This document shows, piece by piece, positions 12,001-31,689 of a stretch of DNA of 48,371 nt. The stretch covers positions 1-48,371 of the forward strand of contig PS015315.1 of the NCBI GenBank assembly GCA_048213135.1, in the 5' to 3' direction. The notes under the pieces were generated by a model. The model ran no database searches and was not told where the DNA came from. It was given only the letters and a program-made list of their open reading frames with translations. This DNA comes from Reclinomonas americana ATCC 50394. Lineage: Eukaryota. The stretch's first letter is position 1; every line of letters begins with the position of its first letter. A program made the position numbers and the translations under genes.

Positions 12001-15000
12001 TGTCGTGTTGCACGATCCATGTCCAGAGCACGTCGTCGCCGCCACACAGTTAACATTGCACGATGCGCCGTAGTAGTTGGCAGCGCATGCGCAGGTGCCG
12101 TTGGTGTTGCATGTGCCATGGCCAGAGCACGTAGTGCTGGGACTGCAGTTGCAGCTGGCATTCGTGTAGTCGCCGGTGCATAGGCACGTGCCGTCACCTT
12201 GGCAACTTCCATGACCCGAGCACGTCGCCGATGGACTGCAGTTGCAGCTGGCATTGGTGTAGTCTCCCGTGCAGTCACACGCCCCAGTCGTCGTGCTGCA
12301 CGTTCCGTGTCCAGAGCACGTCGTCGCCGCCACACAATTCACATTGCATGATGCGCCATAGTAGCTTACAGCGCACGCACAAGTGCCATTGGTGTTGCAT
12401 GTGCCATGACCAGAGCACGTCACCGATGGACTGCAATTGCAGCTGGCATTGGTGTAATCATCAGCGCACTGACAAGTGCCGTCACCCTGGCAACTTCCAT
12501 GACCCGAGCACGTCGCCGACAGACTGCAGTTGCAGCTGGCATTGGTGTAGTCGCCCGTGCAGTCACACGCCCCAGTCGCCGTGTTGCACGTGCCATGTCC
12601 AGAGCACGTTGTCGCCGCCACACAGTTCACATTGCATGATGCGCCGTAGTAGTCGGCATCGCACGAACAAGTGCCATTGGTGTTGCATGTGCCATGACCA
12701 GAGCACGTCGTGCTGGGACTGCAGTTGCAGCTGGCATTGGTGTAATCATCAGTGCACTGACAAGTGCCGTCACCCTGGCAACTTCCATGACCCGAGCACG
12801 TCGCCGATGGACTGCAGTTGCAGCTGGCATTGGTGTAGTCGCCCGTGCAGTCACACGCCCCCGTTGCTGCGTTGCACGCACCGTGTCCAGAGCACGTCGT
12901 CGCCGCCACACAGTTCACGCTGCATGACGCGCCGTAGTAGTCGCCAGTGCACGTGCAAGTGCCATTGGCATTGCATGTGCCATGACCAGAGCACATCGTG
13001 CTGGGACTGCAGTTGCAGCTGGCATTCGTGTAGTCGCCAGTGCACAGACACGTACCGTCACTTTTGCACGTTCCATGGCCAGAGCACGTCGTCGCCGTCA
13101 CGCAATTCACGCTGCACGATGAGCCGTAATAGTCAGCATTGCACTGGCATGTGCCGTCACTCTTGCACGTCCCGTGACCCGAGCACGTCGCCGACGGACT
13201 GCAGTTGCAGCTGGCATTGGTGAAGTCGCCCGTGCAGTCACACGCCCCCGTCGTCGTGTTACACGTGCCGTGTCCAGAGCACGTCGTCGCCGCCACGCAG
13301 TTCACATTGCAAGATGCGCCGTAGTAGTTGGCATCGCATGCACAAGTGCCATTGGTGTTGCACATGCCATGACCAGAGCACGTCGCCGATGGACTGCAGT
13401 TGCAGCTGCCATTGGTGTAATCGCCCGTGCAAAGACACGTGCCGTCACTCTTGCACGTTCCATGACCCGAGCACGTCGCCGACGGACTGCAGTTGCAGCT
13501 GGCATTGGTGTAGTCGCCCGTGCAGTCACACGCCCCCGTAGTCGTGTTGCACGTTCCGTGTCCAGAGCACGTCGTCGCCGCCACGCAATTCACATTGCAT
13601 GACGCGCCGTAGTAGTCGGAAGCGCATGCACAAGTGCCATTGGTGTTGCATGTGCCATGACCAGAGCACGTCGTGCTGGGACTGCAGTTGCAGCTGGCAT
13701 TGGTGTAGTCGCCAGTGCACAGGCAAGAGCCGTCACCTTGACAACTTCCATGACTGGAGCACGTCACCGACGGNNNNNNNNNNNNNNNNNNNNNNNNNNN
13801 NNNNNNNNNNNNNNNNNNNNNNNNNNNNNNNNNNNNNNNNNNNNNNNNNNNNNNNNNNNNNNNNNNNNNNNNNNNNNNNNNNNNNNNNNNNNNNNNNNNN
13901 NNNNNNNNNNNNNNNNNNNNNNNNNNNNNNNNNNNNNNNNNNNNNNNNNNNNNNNNNNNNNNNNNNNNNNNNNNNNNNNNNNNNNNNNNNNNNNNNNNNN
14001 NNNNNNNNNNCACATTGCACGATGCGCCGTAGTAGTCGGCAGCGCACGTGCAAGTGCCATTGGTGTTGCATGTGCCATGGCCAGAGCACGTCGTGCTGGG
14101 ACTGCAGTTGCAGCTGGCATTCGTATAGTCGTTAGCGCACAGGCACGAGCCGTCACTTTTGCACGTTCCATGGCCAGAGCACGTCGCCGACGGACTGCAG
14201 TTGCAGCTGGCATTCGTGTAGTCATCAGCGCACAGACATGTGCCGTCACTCGTGCACGTTCCATGACTGGAGCACGTCGCCGATGGACTGCAGTTGCAGC
14301 TGGCATTGGTGTAGTCGCCCGTGCAATCACACGTCCCAGTCGCCGTGTTGCACGTGCCGTGTCCAGAGCACGTCGTCGCCGCCACGCAGTTCACATTGCA
14401 CGATGCGCCGTAGTAGTCGGCAGCGCATGCACAAGTGCCACTGGCGTTGCATGTGCCATGACCAGAGCACGTGGTGCTGGGACTGCAGTTGCAGCTGGCA
14501 TTCGTGTAGTCGTCAGTGCACAGACACGTGCCGTCACCTTGGCAACTTCCATGACCCGAGCACGTCGCCGATGGACTGCAGTTGCAGCTGGCATTGGTGT
14601 AGTCTCCTGTGCAGTCACACGCCCCAGTCGTCGTGTTGCACGTGCCATGTCCAGAGCACGTCGTCGTTGCCACACAGTTCACATTGCACGATGCGCTGTA
14701 GTAGTTGGCACTGCATGTGCAAGTACCATTGGTGTTGCACGAGCCATGACCAGCGCACGTCGTGCTGGGACTGCAGTTGCAGCTGGCATTGGTGTAGTCG
14801 CCCGTGCAGTCACACGTTCCAGTCGTCGTGTTGCACGTGCCGTGTGCAGAGCACGTCGTCGCCGCCACACAGTTCACATTGCACGATACGCCGTAATAAT
14901 CGGTTGCGCACGCACAAGTGCCATTGGTGTTGCATGTGNNNNNNNNNNNNNNNNNNNNNNNNNNNNNNNNNNNNNNNNNNNNNNNNNNNNNNNNNNNNNN

Positions 15001-18000
15001 NNNNNNNNNNNNNNNNNNNNNNNNNNNNNNNNNNNNNNNNNNNNNNNNNNNNNNNNNNNNNNNNNNNNNNNNNNNNNNNNNNNNNNNNNNNNNNNNNNNN
15101 NNNNNNNNNNNNNNNNNNNNNNNNNNNNNNNNNNNNNNNNNNNNNNNNNNNNNNNNNNNNNNNNNNNNNNNNNNNNNNNNNNNNNNNNNNNNNNNNNNNN
15201 NNNNNNNNNNNNNNNNNNNNNNNNNNNNNNNNNNNNNNNNNNNNNNNNNNNNNNNNNNNNNNNNNNNNNNNNNNNNNNNNNNNNNNNNNNNNNNNNNNNN
15301 NNNNNNNNNNNNNNNNNNNNNNNNNNNNNNNNNNNNNNNNNNNNNNNNNNNNNNNNNNNNNNNNNNNNNNNNNNNNNNNNNNNNNNNNNNNNNNNNNNNN
15401 NNNNNNNNNNNNNNNNNNNNNNNNNNNNNNNNNNNNNNNNNNNNNNNNNNNNNNNNNNNNNNNNNNNNNNNNNNNNNNNNNNNNNNNNNNNNNNNNNNNN
15501 NNNNNNNNNNNNNNNNNNNNNNNNNNNNNNNNNNNNNNNNNNNNNNNNNNNNNNNNNNNNNNNNNNNNNNNNNNNNNNNNNNNNNNNNNNNNNNNNNNNN
15601 NNNNNNNNNNNNNNNNNNNNNNNNNNNNNNNNNNNNNNNNNNNNNNNNNNNNNNNNNNNNNNNNNNNNNNNNNNNNNNNNNNNNNNNNNNNNNNNNNNNN
15701 NNNNNNNNNNNNNNCCATGACCCGAGCACGTCGCCGATGGGCTGCAGTTGCAGCTGGCATTGGTGTAGTCGCCAGTGCAGTCACACGCCCCCGTTGTCGT
15801 GTTACACGTGCCGTGTCCGGAGCATGTCGCCGCCGCCACACAGTTCATGTTGCATGATGTATCGTAGTAGTTGGCAGCGCACGCACAAGTGCCATTGGTG
15901 TTGCATGTGCCATGACCAGAGCACGTCACCGATGGACTGCAGTTGCAGCTGGCATTCGTGTAGTCGCCTGCGCAGTCACACGCCCCCGTTGTCGCATTGC
16001 ACGTGCCGTGTCCAGAGCACGTCGTCGTCGCCACACAGTTCACATTGCATGATGTGCCGTAGTAGTCGGCAGCGCACGTACAAGTGCCATTGGCGTTGCA
16101 TGTGCCATGACCAGAGCACGTCGTGCTGGGACTGCAGTTGCAGCTGGCATTGGTGTAGTCGCCAGTGCACAGGCAAGAGCCGTCACTCTTGCACGTTCCA
16201 TGACCCGAGCACGTCGCCGATGGACTGCAGTTGCAGCTGGCATTGGTGTAGTCGCCCGTGCAACCACACGCCCCCGTTGTCGTGTTACACGCGCCGTGTC
16301 CAGAGCAAGTCGTCATCGCCACACAATTCACGTTGCATGATGCGCCGTAGTAGTCAGCAGCGCATGCACAAGTGCCACTGGCGTTGCATGTGCCATGACC
16401 AGAGCACGTCGCCGATGGACTGCAGTTGCAGCTGGCATTCGCGTAGTCACCAGTACACTGACAAGAGCCGTCACTCTTGCACGATCCGTGTCCAGAGCAC
16501 GTTGTCGCCGCCACGCAGTTCACGTTGCATGACGCTCCGTAATAACCCGCGTCGCATGAACACTGCCCGTTGACACAATCACCCTGGCCCGAGCAAGAAG
16601 TCGAGCGGTCGACGCACGCCGAAACACACTGAGCAGTATTGCCACTGGCTCGACACACTTGGTGACTGCCACAATTCGTCGTGGCGACGTATCCGCTTGC
16701 ACAAGTTGTAAAGCCGAGGCCACTGGCGAGACACGAGCTGACTCCCTCATTGACACACGGCACTCCGCAATCCACGGTCGTTGCAGAAGTTGAATGGCAC
16801 ACAGAGCCGGCGTCACATTTCCTTCGCACGACAGCACCGTCAGCGGAACAGCTCAGCACATTGCGTAGGTCGCCCGAGCACACCGAAGTGTTGACATCAA
16901 ACGTGCAGCGCCCACAATCAGAGCCCACAAATCCAGCTGGACAACTGGTAGGCGTAGCTACCACAGCGCGTCCGATCGCCACCCACGTCGCATAGGTGAC
17001 ATTGCCGGCGCCCGGATCAGCAGTTCGGAAAGAGAAGCCAGTCACGTACGTCTCGTTGTCGACAACGGTGGTGACGAGAGAAAGCGAGTCGTGAAGCACG
17101 TCGTGATGAACACGGACAAAGCCGGCAGCAGCAGCGGACTTCCAGCCTCGAAGGCCGAGGAAAGTCGCAACAGTAGACTTGAGCAATCCACGTGGCGACT
17201 GCGGTGTCACAACGCTCACCGTGACGGTAAGAGAGCCACTGGTGTGCGTCGTTTCTGCAGCACGCAAAGAGAAATCATCAGTGACAGCGATGTAGTCCCC
17301 CATTACAAAAGGAGGAGAGGGACAAGACAATTAATGGAGAGAGGGGTTCGATTTGAATGAAGCAAAGGGAATCAATCAAGAGGACGAAGTGACATGGGTA
17401 ACGAGAGAGAAAGAGAAGGAGAGAGTTTCGAGATGCTCACCTCCGTCAAGCATCACGAATCCGCTTTTGTTCGTCGCATCGGTTCGAGCCGGACCAACGG
17501 CGACACTTGACACAACGGCTTTCACACAGGCATCGCCCCGCACAGTGGCCATGATGTTGACATTCTCGGTTGTTGCAGAGGTTGCCTTCAGCACGAAGTC
17601 GTCGGTCCGGATGCGACGATCCGAGCCTTTTGGGGCCTGACGAAGTGTATGCACACCCAACAACACCACGGCGTACGAAGGCACCGTGGCAAATGAATGT
17701 AGAGTAGTCACGCTTCGTGTCTGCGCGCCCGCTCATGAGTCAGAAAGGTACAAGAGAGCGGAGGATCACAACCAACAATACCTTGGATCCATTCTTGCTC
17801 AACGCCGCCGACTCCCACGACGGCCCATCCGTAAACGTGTACTGCCGACTAAGCGTCGGTGCATTGGAGGAGTGCACATAGTACGCCAAGTAGCCTGCAC
17901 AAGCACACTGTAAGCGGTAGGCAGATACGGAACAAAACGAGCACCACAGTCACGCAACTCATCACAAATGACGGCGCCGCGCCGCCAGACGATGGAGCCA

Positions 18001-20600
18001 AACACTGCGTGGTGAGCAGGCGGCTCGTTACGGAAGGGGTGAAGCAACGCACAACCGTGTCGCCAGCGTCGTCGCCGTTGTCAATCTTGGCCAAGCCCAC
18101 CAAAACTTGCGGCGGCGCAAAGAACACACGGTCAAAGGTGAAGCGGACCACGGTCTGGGGGCCAGTTGCAGCGGAAGCCTGGCGGCCAGCTTGCATCATG
18201 AAGCCGGACACAAATGACTCGCTGGTTGCCACATATGCGCCATTGTTGACTGCCATGCACAGTCGCAATGCCGCTCCACCCGACGGCGAGTTTGGCGTTA
18301 CGGTGAGGCTGAAGAACGAGCATCCGCTGGCTGACGTACAGCCTCGCGCACCAATGCGTTTCACGGTGGCACCCGCGCCCGTCACCGAGCTGCTGTAATC
18401 GGCAATGGAAGCGCAGTCTTGACCCGCGGCCACCACCTTGAAGTTGGTGCAATCGGTGAACGCGTCGGCGAATGAACCAATGACCACATCATTGGCGACG
18501 CCAACGGCGAGAACCGCCGGATTCACAAACGACACAGTGGAGGTCGTGATGGGATCCAGAAGTGTAACGCTGCCGGCTGAGATTCGATACAACGACGTGC
18601 CACCACTCTGGAATCTGTGTGCACGGTAAAGGCAAATATGGTGGGTGNNNNNNNNNNNNNNNNNNNNTGTGTTGGTGGCCGCCGGACCGAGCCCCCCGCT
18701 GCCAAACAAAGTGCCCGTGGAAACGGTGAAGATGACTCGCTGCAGGTTGTCTTCGTTGTTGTTGTCTTCGTCGCCGTTGATAACGTCTGACAGCACGACA
18801 TTAGTGTCGGTCGCGGCCGCGGCACCAGTGCAGTCGGCCGCTGCGTACAGTCCAAACACGGCACCACTGCTCGCGACAATCGGCGTCGGAAAGAAGCGGC
18901 CTAGAATGGTGAGGTTGTATGCGGCAAGGCCCGTGGTGACGGTGAGCGGCTTTGGTGTGGGTGTCGAGACAACTGTTGCCAAACGCAGCTTCAGACACAC
19001 ACACACACACCATTAGCGCACGCAGTAGGGAGTGGATACGCAACAGACAAACACGGTGCCGATCAGTTCCGGGTGGTATGCGCCACCGCTCGGTCCATCC
19101 AAGTCGACACAGAGGAAACGCTGACCACCATCAGCGTCGGCAGCGGCCGTGAGGGTGATGGTGGTGGAGACGCTGCCGTCCGGATTGGTAGTGCGCGCAC
19201 CAGTGGCGGTAATCGCGGTGGGAGACGACAGAGCGCTGCATTGGCGAGTGGTGAAGATGGCGAGGGTGGACGAGCTGGAGAAGGTAATGCCGCCGCCGCG
19301 CACGGTGACGTCGACGAGTTGGTTCGCGGCGCCAGCCTTGATAGCGATGTTGGTGGGTGTCACGACTGTGGTAAAAAGGGAGAAAGGGGGAGAGGGAGAG
19401 GAAGGGAGGGGTAAGAAGAGAGGGAAGGGGAGAGGAGGAAGGAAAGAGAGGGAGAGAGGGAGGGACAGGAGGAGGAAGAGTTGGAGAGCGAGGAAAACAG
19501 CGAAGTGACAACAGTGGAAGAGGAAGTGGAACGAGGAAACAGGCGATGTGATAAAGAGTGCAACTCGCACCTCAATCAGCGTAGTAGCATAAGAGATGTG
19601 AAGTGGGGAGTGAGACAGTTAGAGAGAAAGTAAAAAAAAAAAAGAGAGAGAGGAGGGGTGACAAGAAGAAGGGGGAAGCAGGTCATGCGACGTGAGTGTG
19701 CAGCTCTNNNNNNNNNNNNNNNNNNNNNNNNNNNNNNNNNNNNNNNNNNNNNNNNNNNNNNNNNNNNNNNNNNNNNNNNNNNNNNNNNNNNNNNNNNNNN
19801 NNNNNNNNNNNNNNNNNNNNNNNNNNNNNNNNNNNNNNNNNNNNNNNNNNNNNNNNNNNNNNNNNNNNNNNNNNNNNNNNNNNNNNNNNNNNNNNNNNNN
19901 NNNNNNNNNNNNNNNNNNNNNNNNNNNNNNNNNNNNNNNNNNNNNNNNNNNNNNNNNNNNNNNNNNNNNNNNNNNNNNNNNNNNNNNNNNNNNNNNNNNN
20001 NNNNNNNNNNNNNNNNNNNNNNNNNNNNNNNNNNNNNNNNNNNNNNNNNNNNNNNNNNNNNNNNNNNNNNNNNNNNNNNNNNNNNNNNNNNNNNNNNNNN
20101 NNNNNNNNNNNNNNNNNNNACACACACGAACATGCACGCACAAACACTCGCGCACTCACACAGGAAGACAGACGCAAAGGCCCAGAGAACGTGGCAAACA
20201 AATATGCAGTTGTGCGAATAATGGCAAATTTCCCCTGCAGTCTCGCGCCAAAAACCAACATGGCAAGCACACAAAAGCTGTGCAAGCAACAGCACTAATC
20301 CATGCACACAAACACGCATGCCCATACACGCAGTTGCAGGCAAGGGTAGTGTGTGTGCGACTCAAAGCATGCGAAGTGAAAAGAGTGTGAAAGTGAGATC
20401 TAGAGTGGCAGAATTCGAATGAGAGAGCGCTCGAGGGCTTGCAATTGCGCAGAGACAAGAGAAGGACGTCGACAGAGCAATGAGGAGAGCACTGCACCTG
20501 TGGCCTGCGCAGCAAGGATGACCGACATGGCGGCAGCGAACACCACCACCACCGCCACCAACATTCGCGTGCGCGAACGCAGCAGTCGAGTGTTCTTCAT
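1..20600 (-). CDS. Giant secreted/cell-surface protein (roughly >6,000 aa, 3' end beyond window): signal peptide, beta-rich domains, 3 H-type-lectin-like domains, long EGF-like arrays alternating with BNR/Asp-box beta-propeller blocks
   Basis: ATG at 20600 (MKNTRLLRSRTRMLVAVVVVFAAAMSVILAAQAT, hydrophobic signal). Phase-consistent GT-AG introns at 20497-19366, 19044-18973, one overlapping the gap near 18650, 17958-17895, 17781-17721, 17440-17255, 6806-6727 and 2166-2092. I read the frame from 2091 to base 1 and found no stop. Joins across N gaps are inferred from identical repeat type and strand. Confidence 0.85.
361..2030 (-). repeat. 14 tandem ~40-aa BNR/Asp-box repeats (probably two 7-bladed beta-propellers)
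   Basis: Unit WxxVASSSDGtKLVAxxxxgqIYTSTDSGVTWTAR, about 120 nt period, 14 units counted; SxDxGxTW is the Asp-box motif. Confidence 0.9.
2167..5080 (-). repeat. EGF-like (tenascin-type, 6-Cys) tandem array, about 30 units
   Basis: Units such as CSPSATCSGHGTCKSDGTCLCTGDYTNASCN and VNCVAATTCSGHGTCNTTTGACDCTGDYTNASCN, 31-34 aa each. Confidence 0.92.
5090..6690 (-). repeat. BNR/Asp-box beta-propeller block 2 (gap inside; span fits about 13-14 units)
   Basis: Same 40-aa unit in ORFs 3465..5882 and 5801..6715. Confidence 0.85.
6807..7450 (-). repeat. Short EGF-like array (about 7 units) between propeller blocks
   Basis: CSxHGxCxxxGxCxCxxDYxxASC units at the C-terminal end of ORF 6745..15729. Confidence 0.9.
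7460..8111 (-). repeat. BNR/Asp-box beta-propeller block 1 (partial, start lies in gap)
   Basis: KLVAAVQGGQIYTSIDSGVTWTARNSNRNW units; close paralog of 5090-5740. Confidence 0.85.
8464..16600 (-). repeat. Main EGF-like array, about 85 units by span, with 288-nt (3-EGF) higher-order period
   Basis: Repeated 96-aa triplet; period visible in shadow ORF coordinates 9087/9375/9663 and 12406/12694. The unit count includes estimated gaps. Confidence 0.9.
10634..11048 (+). other. Inverted contig inside the EGF array (probable scaffolding error)
   Basis: EGF repeats read on + here and on - everywhere else; bounded by N gaps on both sides. Confidence 0.85.
16965..18200 (-). other. Three tandem H-type-lectin-like domains within the giant protein
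   Basis: First domain VVRFTFDRVFFAPPQVLVGLAKIDNGD...SVT...FVMSYLAY fits the H-type lectin pattern (F..PP.V..GL..lD...VT...[WY].A). The next two are weaker (SFATVPSYAVVLLGVHTL; TFLGLRGW...VTGFSF...YATWVAIG). Pattern recognition only. Confidence 0.55.
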
Positions 20601-22094
20601 GCTGTTGCAGTGTTGTTGTTTTTTGCCTTCAACTCGTCACAACGCACACACAGGGGAAAAAAGTGTGGAGAACTGCCTTGTCTTGAATTCCGAAGAGACA
20701 ACAAGAAAGCAATGATGTGAAAGTTCTTGTCCCGTTCACCCAAACTGGGAATGGTGGTATTGCCGCGCTCGACGCCTCTTGGCTAACAGGCGTTGTCGTT
20801 AGGTGGCATTGTGTTTATGTGGTTCGCGCGAGTGCCGCGCTCATTTTGTGCATCATCCACGTCGCCCACGTTGCGGTGGAGTGCTTTTCTAACGCGCATG
20901 CGCTGCGCTTATAGATTCCGGTTACCAAATTAGGCAACATAAGTGCGTGCGTGTGCGGCCCTGCAGAAGCCAGTGTCTGCTGTCTCTGTGGCAGTGAGAC
21001 GTGCGCGTGGAAGGTTGTTGCTACTGATATGTGGTCGAGCGCGTAAGGTGGTGAGACACGACAAGTGTGGCACTGCAGCTGGGAGGAGCTTTGTGTGAGA
21101 GCTGTGTACAACACGACTGCATGATGCTGGTGGTGAGACGCACCAAGGAGAAGCAAATGCCGCGCTTCAATAACGCAGTGCATCATTGTGAGCCTGACAG
21201 CGCAGCGTTGACCAAATCTGCAAAACGACACGTGCACACTTAGCATGAAAGTGATCCATCACTCAACCGCCCTCCTTTGTGTGAAGCACAGCCAAGCAGC
21301 GCTATTGTGTGAAGGAGTGTGTGACTCGAAAAAATAAAAAAAGAGGTCCGAGTAGAGCCACAGCTGCGTTCTTTCGGATCCTGTTTCAAAGAAGATTTCC
21401 GCTGTGGGTTCTTGGTGCATGTAATGTGACACATTCTCCGAGTGTGCTCCTCTGTCGCACTTGCAGCAGGCCGTCTCAACTGCTCTGCATCTTGTGGAAG
21501 CGCAACAGTGCAGGCGTCTCAATCTCTCCTTTCCTGTTTTCCGCACATCACACACAAACACACATACACGCAGGAGAGACGCACAGAGAATAAGAGGGCA
21601 GCTTGTGGAGGTGTGCCACGAGCAACGCAGTGCAAGAGCGCAATGGCGTTTGTACGGAGTTTCGTCTCCAGAGCTCGAGGGAGGATACTGGAGGGCGTGG
21701 CGCCCGCTGTCTTTGTCTCGCACACAGCGCTCACTACCCCAGCCTCACTACAACAACAACAACAACGTCATTCGTCGACAAACATGCATCTGCAGACCGC
21801 TGCGTGTCCAGTCATATGCACAACAACTACGCATCGACCTAGACAACTGTGCTTCACTGCGTTGTTGCTCCCCACAGAGGTGGCGAGAGAGCGATGAGAG
21901 TGCGAAAGACGAGGGATAAAGAGAGAAACAAGAAAAAAAGAGAAAAAGATGAAGTCAACACAGGCAATGCAGAGTCATGAGGCTGCGGCTTGTCGTTCTA
22001 AGGTACACGAGGGCACTATCATAAATTAAGAAGCAGGCACTGATGTACATCGTTAAGGGCGTGAGCGTGATGAATGAGGAGAGAGATAGAGAGG

Positions 22095-22126
<32 letters not shown>

Positions 22127-23422
22127 GGTGCAGGCAAGTATTAACAAGGTGGAGTGAGACAGCAAGAGCGACACACTAGCGAGCGAGATCAGTGATAGAG
22201 AGTGACTGCAGTTATACTTGTGTTAGGGACAGAGTGAAACAGCGAGAGAACGAGAGAGATTAGCAAGGCAAGGGTGTAGTTATGTGTGAAGTGAGTCGGT
22301 GAGAGATCTAGAGAGAGAACGAAAGAGAAATACAGTGACGCAGACAAGGGCGTACAGCACGAGAGAGAGACAGAGAGGGAGAGAGAGAGAGAGAGAGAGA
22401 GAAGAGAGACAGGTATAAGCGACAGAGACCCAGTGATTGCTGTCAAGAAGGCTGGTTGTGTGAGTGTAAGGGAGAGTGTGTCAGCGTTTGCGAGAGATAG
22501 AGAGATTGAGAAGAACGAGTGATACCTGCATGTAGCCAGTGAATGAGTGTGTGTGTATATGCAGCGAGTGAGAAAAAGACGACTGCAATGAGCGAGCTAG
22601 TGATAGAGGGAGCGATTACTGACGTGCAGACAGCGAGTGAGTAACTGATAAAGACAGAGAGAGTGATTGTTGTCATGGAGGCAGAGTGAGCGCGTATGAA
22701 GAAAAAGAGAGATGAGCAAGTTTGTGACTGATTGAGCGGATTGTTGGCATGCTTGCAGTGCGAGTGAACAACGCTGCGAGCGAGAGAGGCAGATGAGAGA
22801 GATAGTGACACAAAGTGATGTGCAGGCAGTGTGCGCGGTGATAGGCTCGTGTGCGGTGCACGTGCGTCTGTCTGTAAGAGATGAAAGAGCGACTTATACC
22901 ATAAACATGCGTGAGAGAGTGAGAAGTAATTGTGTGTGTGTGTGCGTGTGTGTGTGTGTGTGCAAGACAGAGTGTGTGTGCATGATGAGAGATCGACGAC
23001 AGAGGGATTGATGGCTGCATGTGAGAGTGCAGTGCAGCACAGTGTGTGTGCGTGAGAGAGAGTGAAGAATTACATCAACGAGCGTCGCTGTGAGAGAGAG
23101 AGAGAGATGAGCGATTGTATCACATAATTGCTGTGTGTGCTTGAGAGAGGGATTAGATTATAAAGAGCGATTGCCATAGTGTGAAAGTGAAGGAGAGAGC
23201 TGGGCGTTGCCAGTGCGTGCGCGCGTGTGCATGTGTGCGTGCGTGTACGATCAAATACCGGTTTTCACAATCGGACAAATGACGCATGATTGTCCATCTT
23301 CCAGTAATCTTTGCGCGTTGAACACCTCTCACTTCCATCGTCAGTGAGTCACTCACTCACTCTCGCCACAACGAGCGACAAAAAAAAAGAGAGAGACAAG
23401 CACGCGCTCACAGAAGGAAAGA

Positions 23423-30641
<7,219 letters not shown>

Positions 30642-30688
30642 TCCGACGAGCAAGATAGACTATGTGAATGAAGTGTACGAAAGTTGTC

Positions 30689-31647
30689 CTATGAAACAAC
30701 AATGAGCTTGTCGGAGAGCGAACAGCAACGCGGATGCTTCCTGTCGCGCACGAGTGTCACGCGCTGCTCACCCGACGAAGGCTGCGTGACAAAGTCGAGT
30801 GTGTGGAGAGTGTGCCCGAATGAGAAGCCGGTGAGAGGAGAGAGAGTGGACGAAGAGAAGGGAGGAGGTCTCCTCATNNNNNNNNNNNNNNNNNNNNCTT
30901 TGCTCCACCGTGTCCACCGTGTAGTCGTCCTGCGTCGGAAAGTGAGGTCAGGCATGAGGAGAAGAATAGAGGGGAAACTCCGAGCTTCCGATGCTGATAC
31001 GCTTTATCTGAGAGTATGCATGCAGGGGGGTAAAACTATCTTACGTGCTCCCTGCTGTGAGATCACTTCAACCCAACTCGTGGCACCAGCAAAGCATCAT
31101 CCCTTCCATCTCTCAAGGGTCAAGCTTCCATCTTGCTCTCTCACTCTCTCACTTGTCGCTCACACCTCTCTGGCAGCATGCGCAAGGTCACCAATTCAAA
31201 GGAGTGACGCACTCATTTTCTGTGCAAGCTGTGAGTTGCTGCAACAAATTCTGTGCCAGAGTGAGATATCGATCTCACAAAAAGGAAAGCAACAAGCATC
31301 TCGAGCAGTCTCGTCGCACTCTTCTCCTACACGCTACCTACACCAAGACAAGCGCACGACTGCGGGAAGAACTGACTTCCGCGTCCTTGTGTTGTGCAAC
31401 TTCACAAACTGCACGCCGTGACAAGCAAACTAAGAGTCATCCAGACAATACCACACGCACTGAAACAATACTCTCACTGAGCACACAACAAGAGAAACTC
31501 TCAGGTTCCAACGTCGGACTGAAGCGCAAGTAGAATGCATCTGCAAATCGCAGTGCCGAACTCACGCAAATCTGGTGATACACCTGCAGAGAAACTCTCC
31601 TGCTCGTGCGAGGCTAAACATCACACTATGAACAGCTATCGGAAGTC

Positions 31648-31689
<42 letters not shown>

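Noticed and set aside
29-16573. Many long + strand and off-frame ORFs (MCHDQSTSCWDCSCSWH..., MTRARRAGTAVAAG...)
   Set aside because: Shadow frames of the repeated EGF/BNR coding sequence, several extended artificially through N gaps.
2167-16600. Regular near-identical repeats with variable intervals resembling a CRISPR array
   Set aside because: All units are in-frame Cys-patterned coding repeats in a spliced eukaryotic gene; no unique spacers or cas genes.
20601-23422. ORFs or a mobile element in the divergent intergenic region
   Set aside because: Short ORFs driven by GA/GT/CAA low complexity; no domain, terminal repeats or consistent exon chain recognised.
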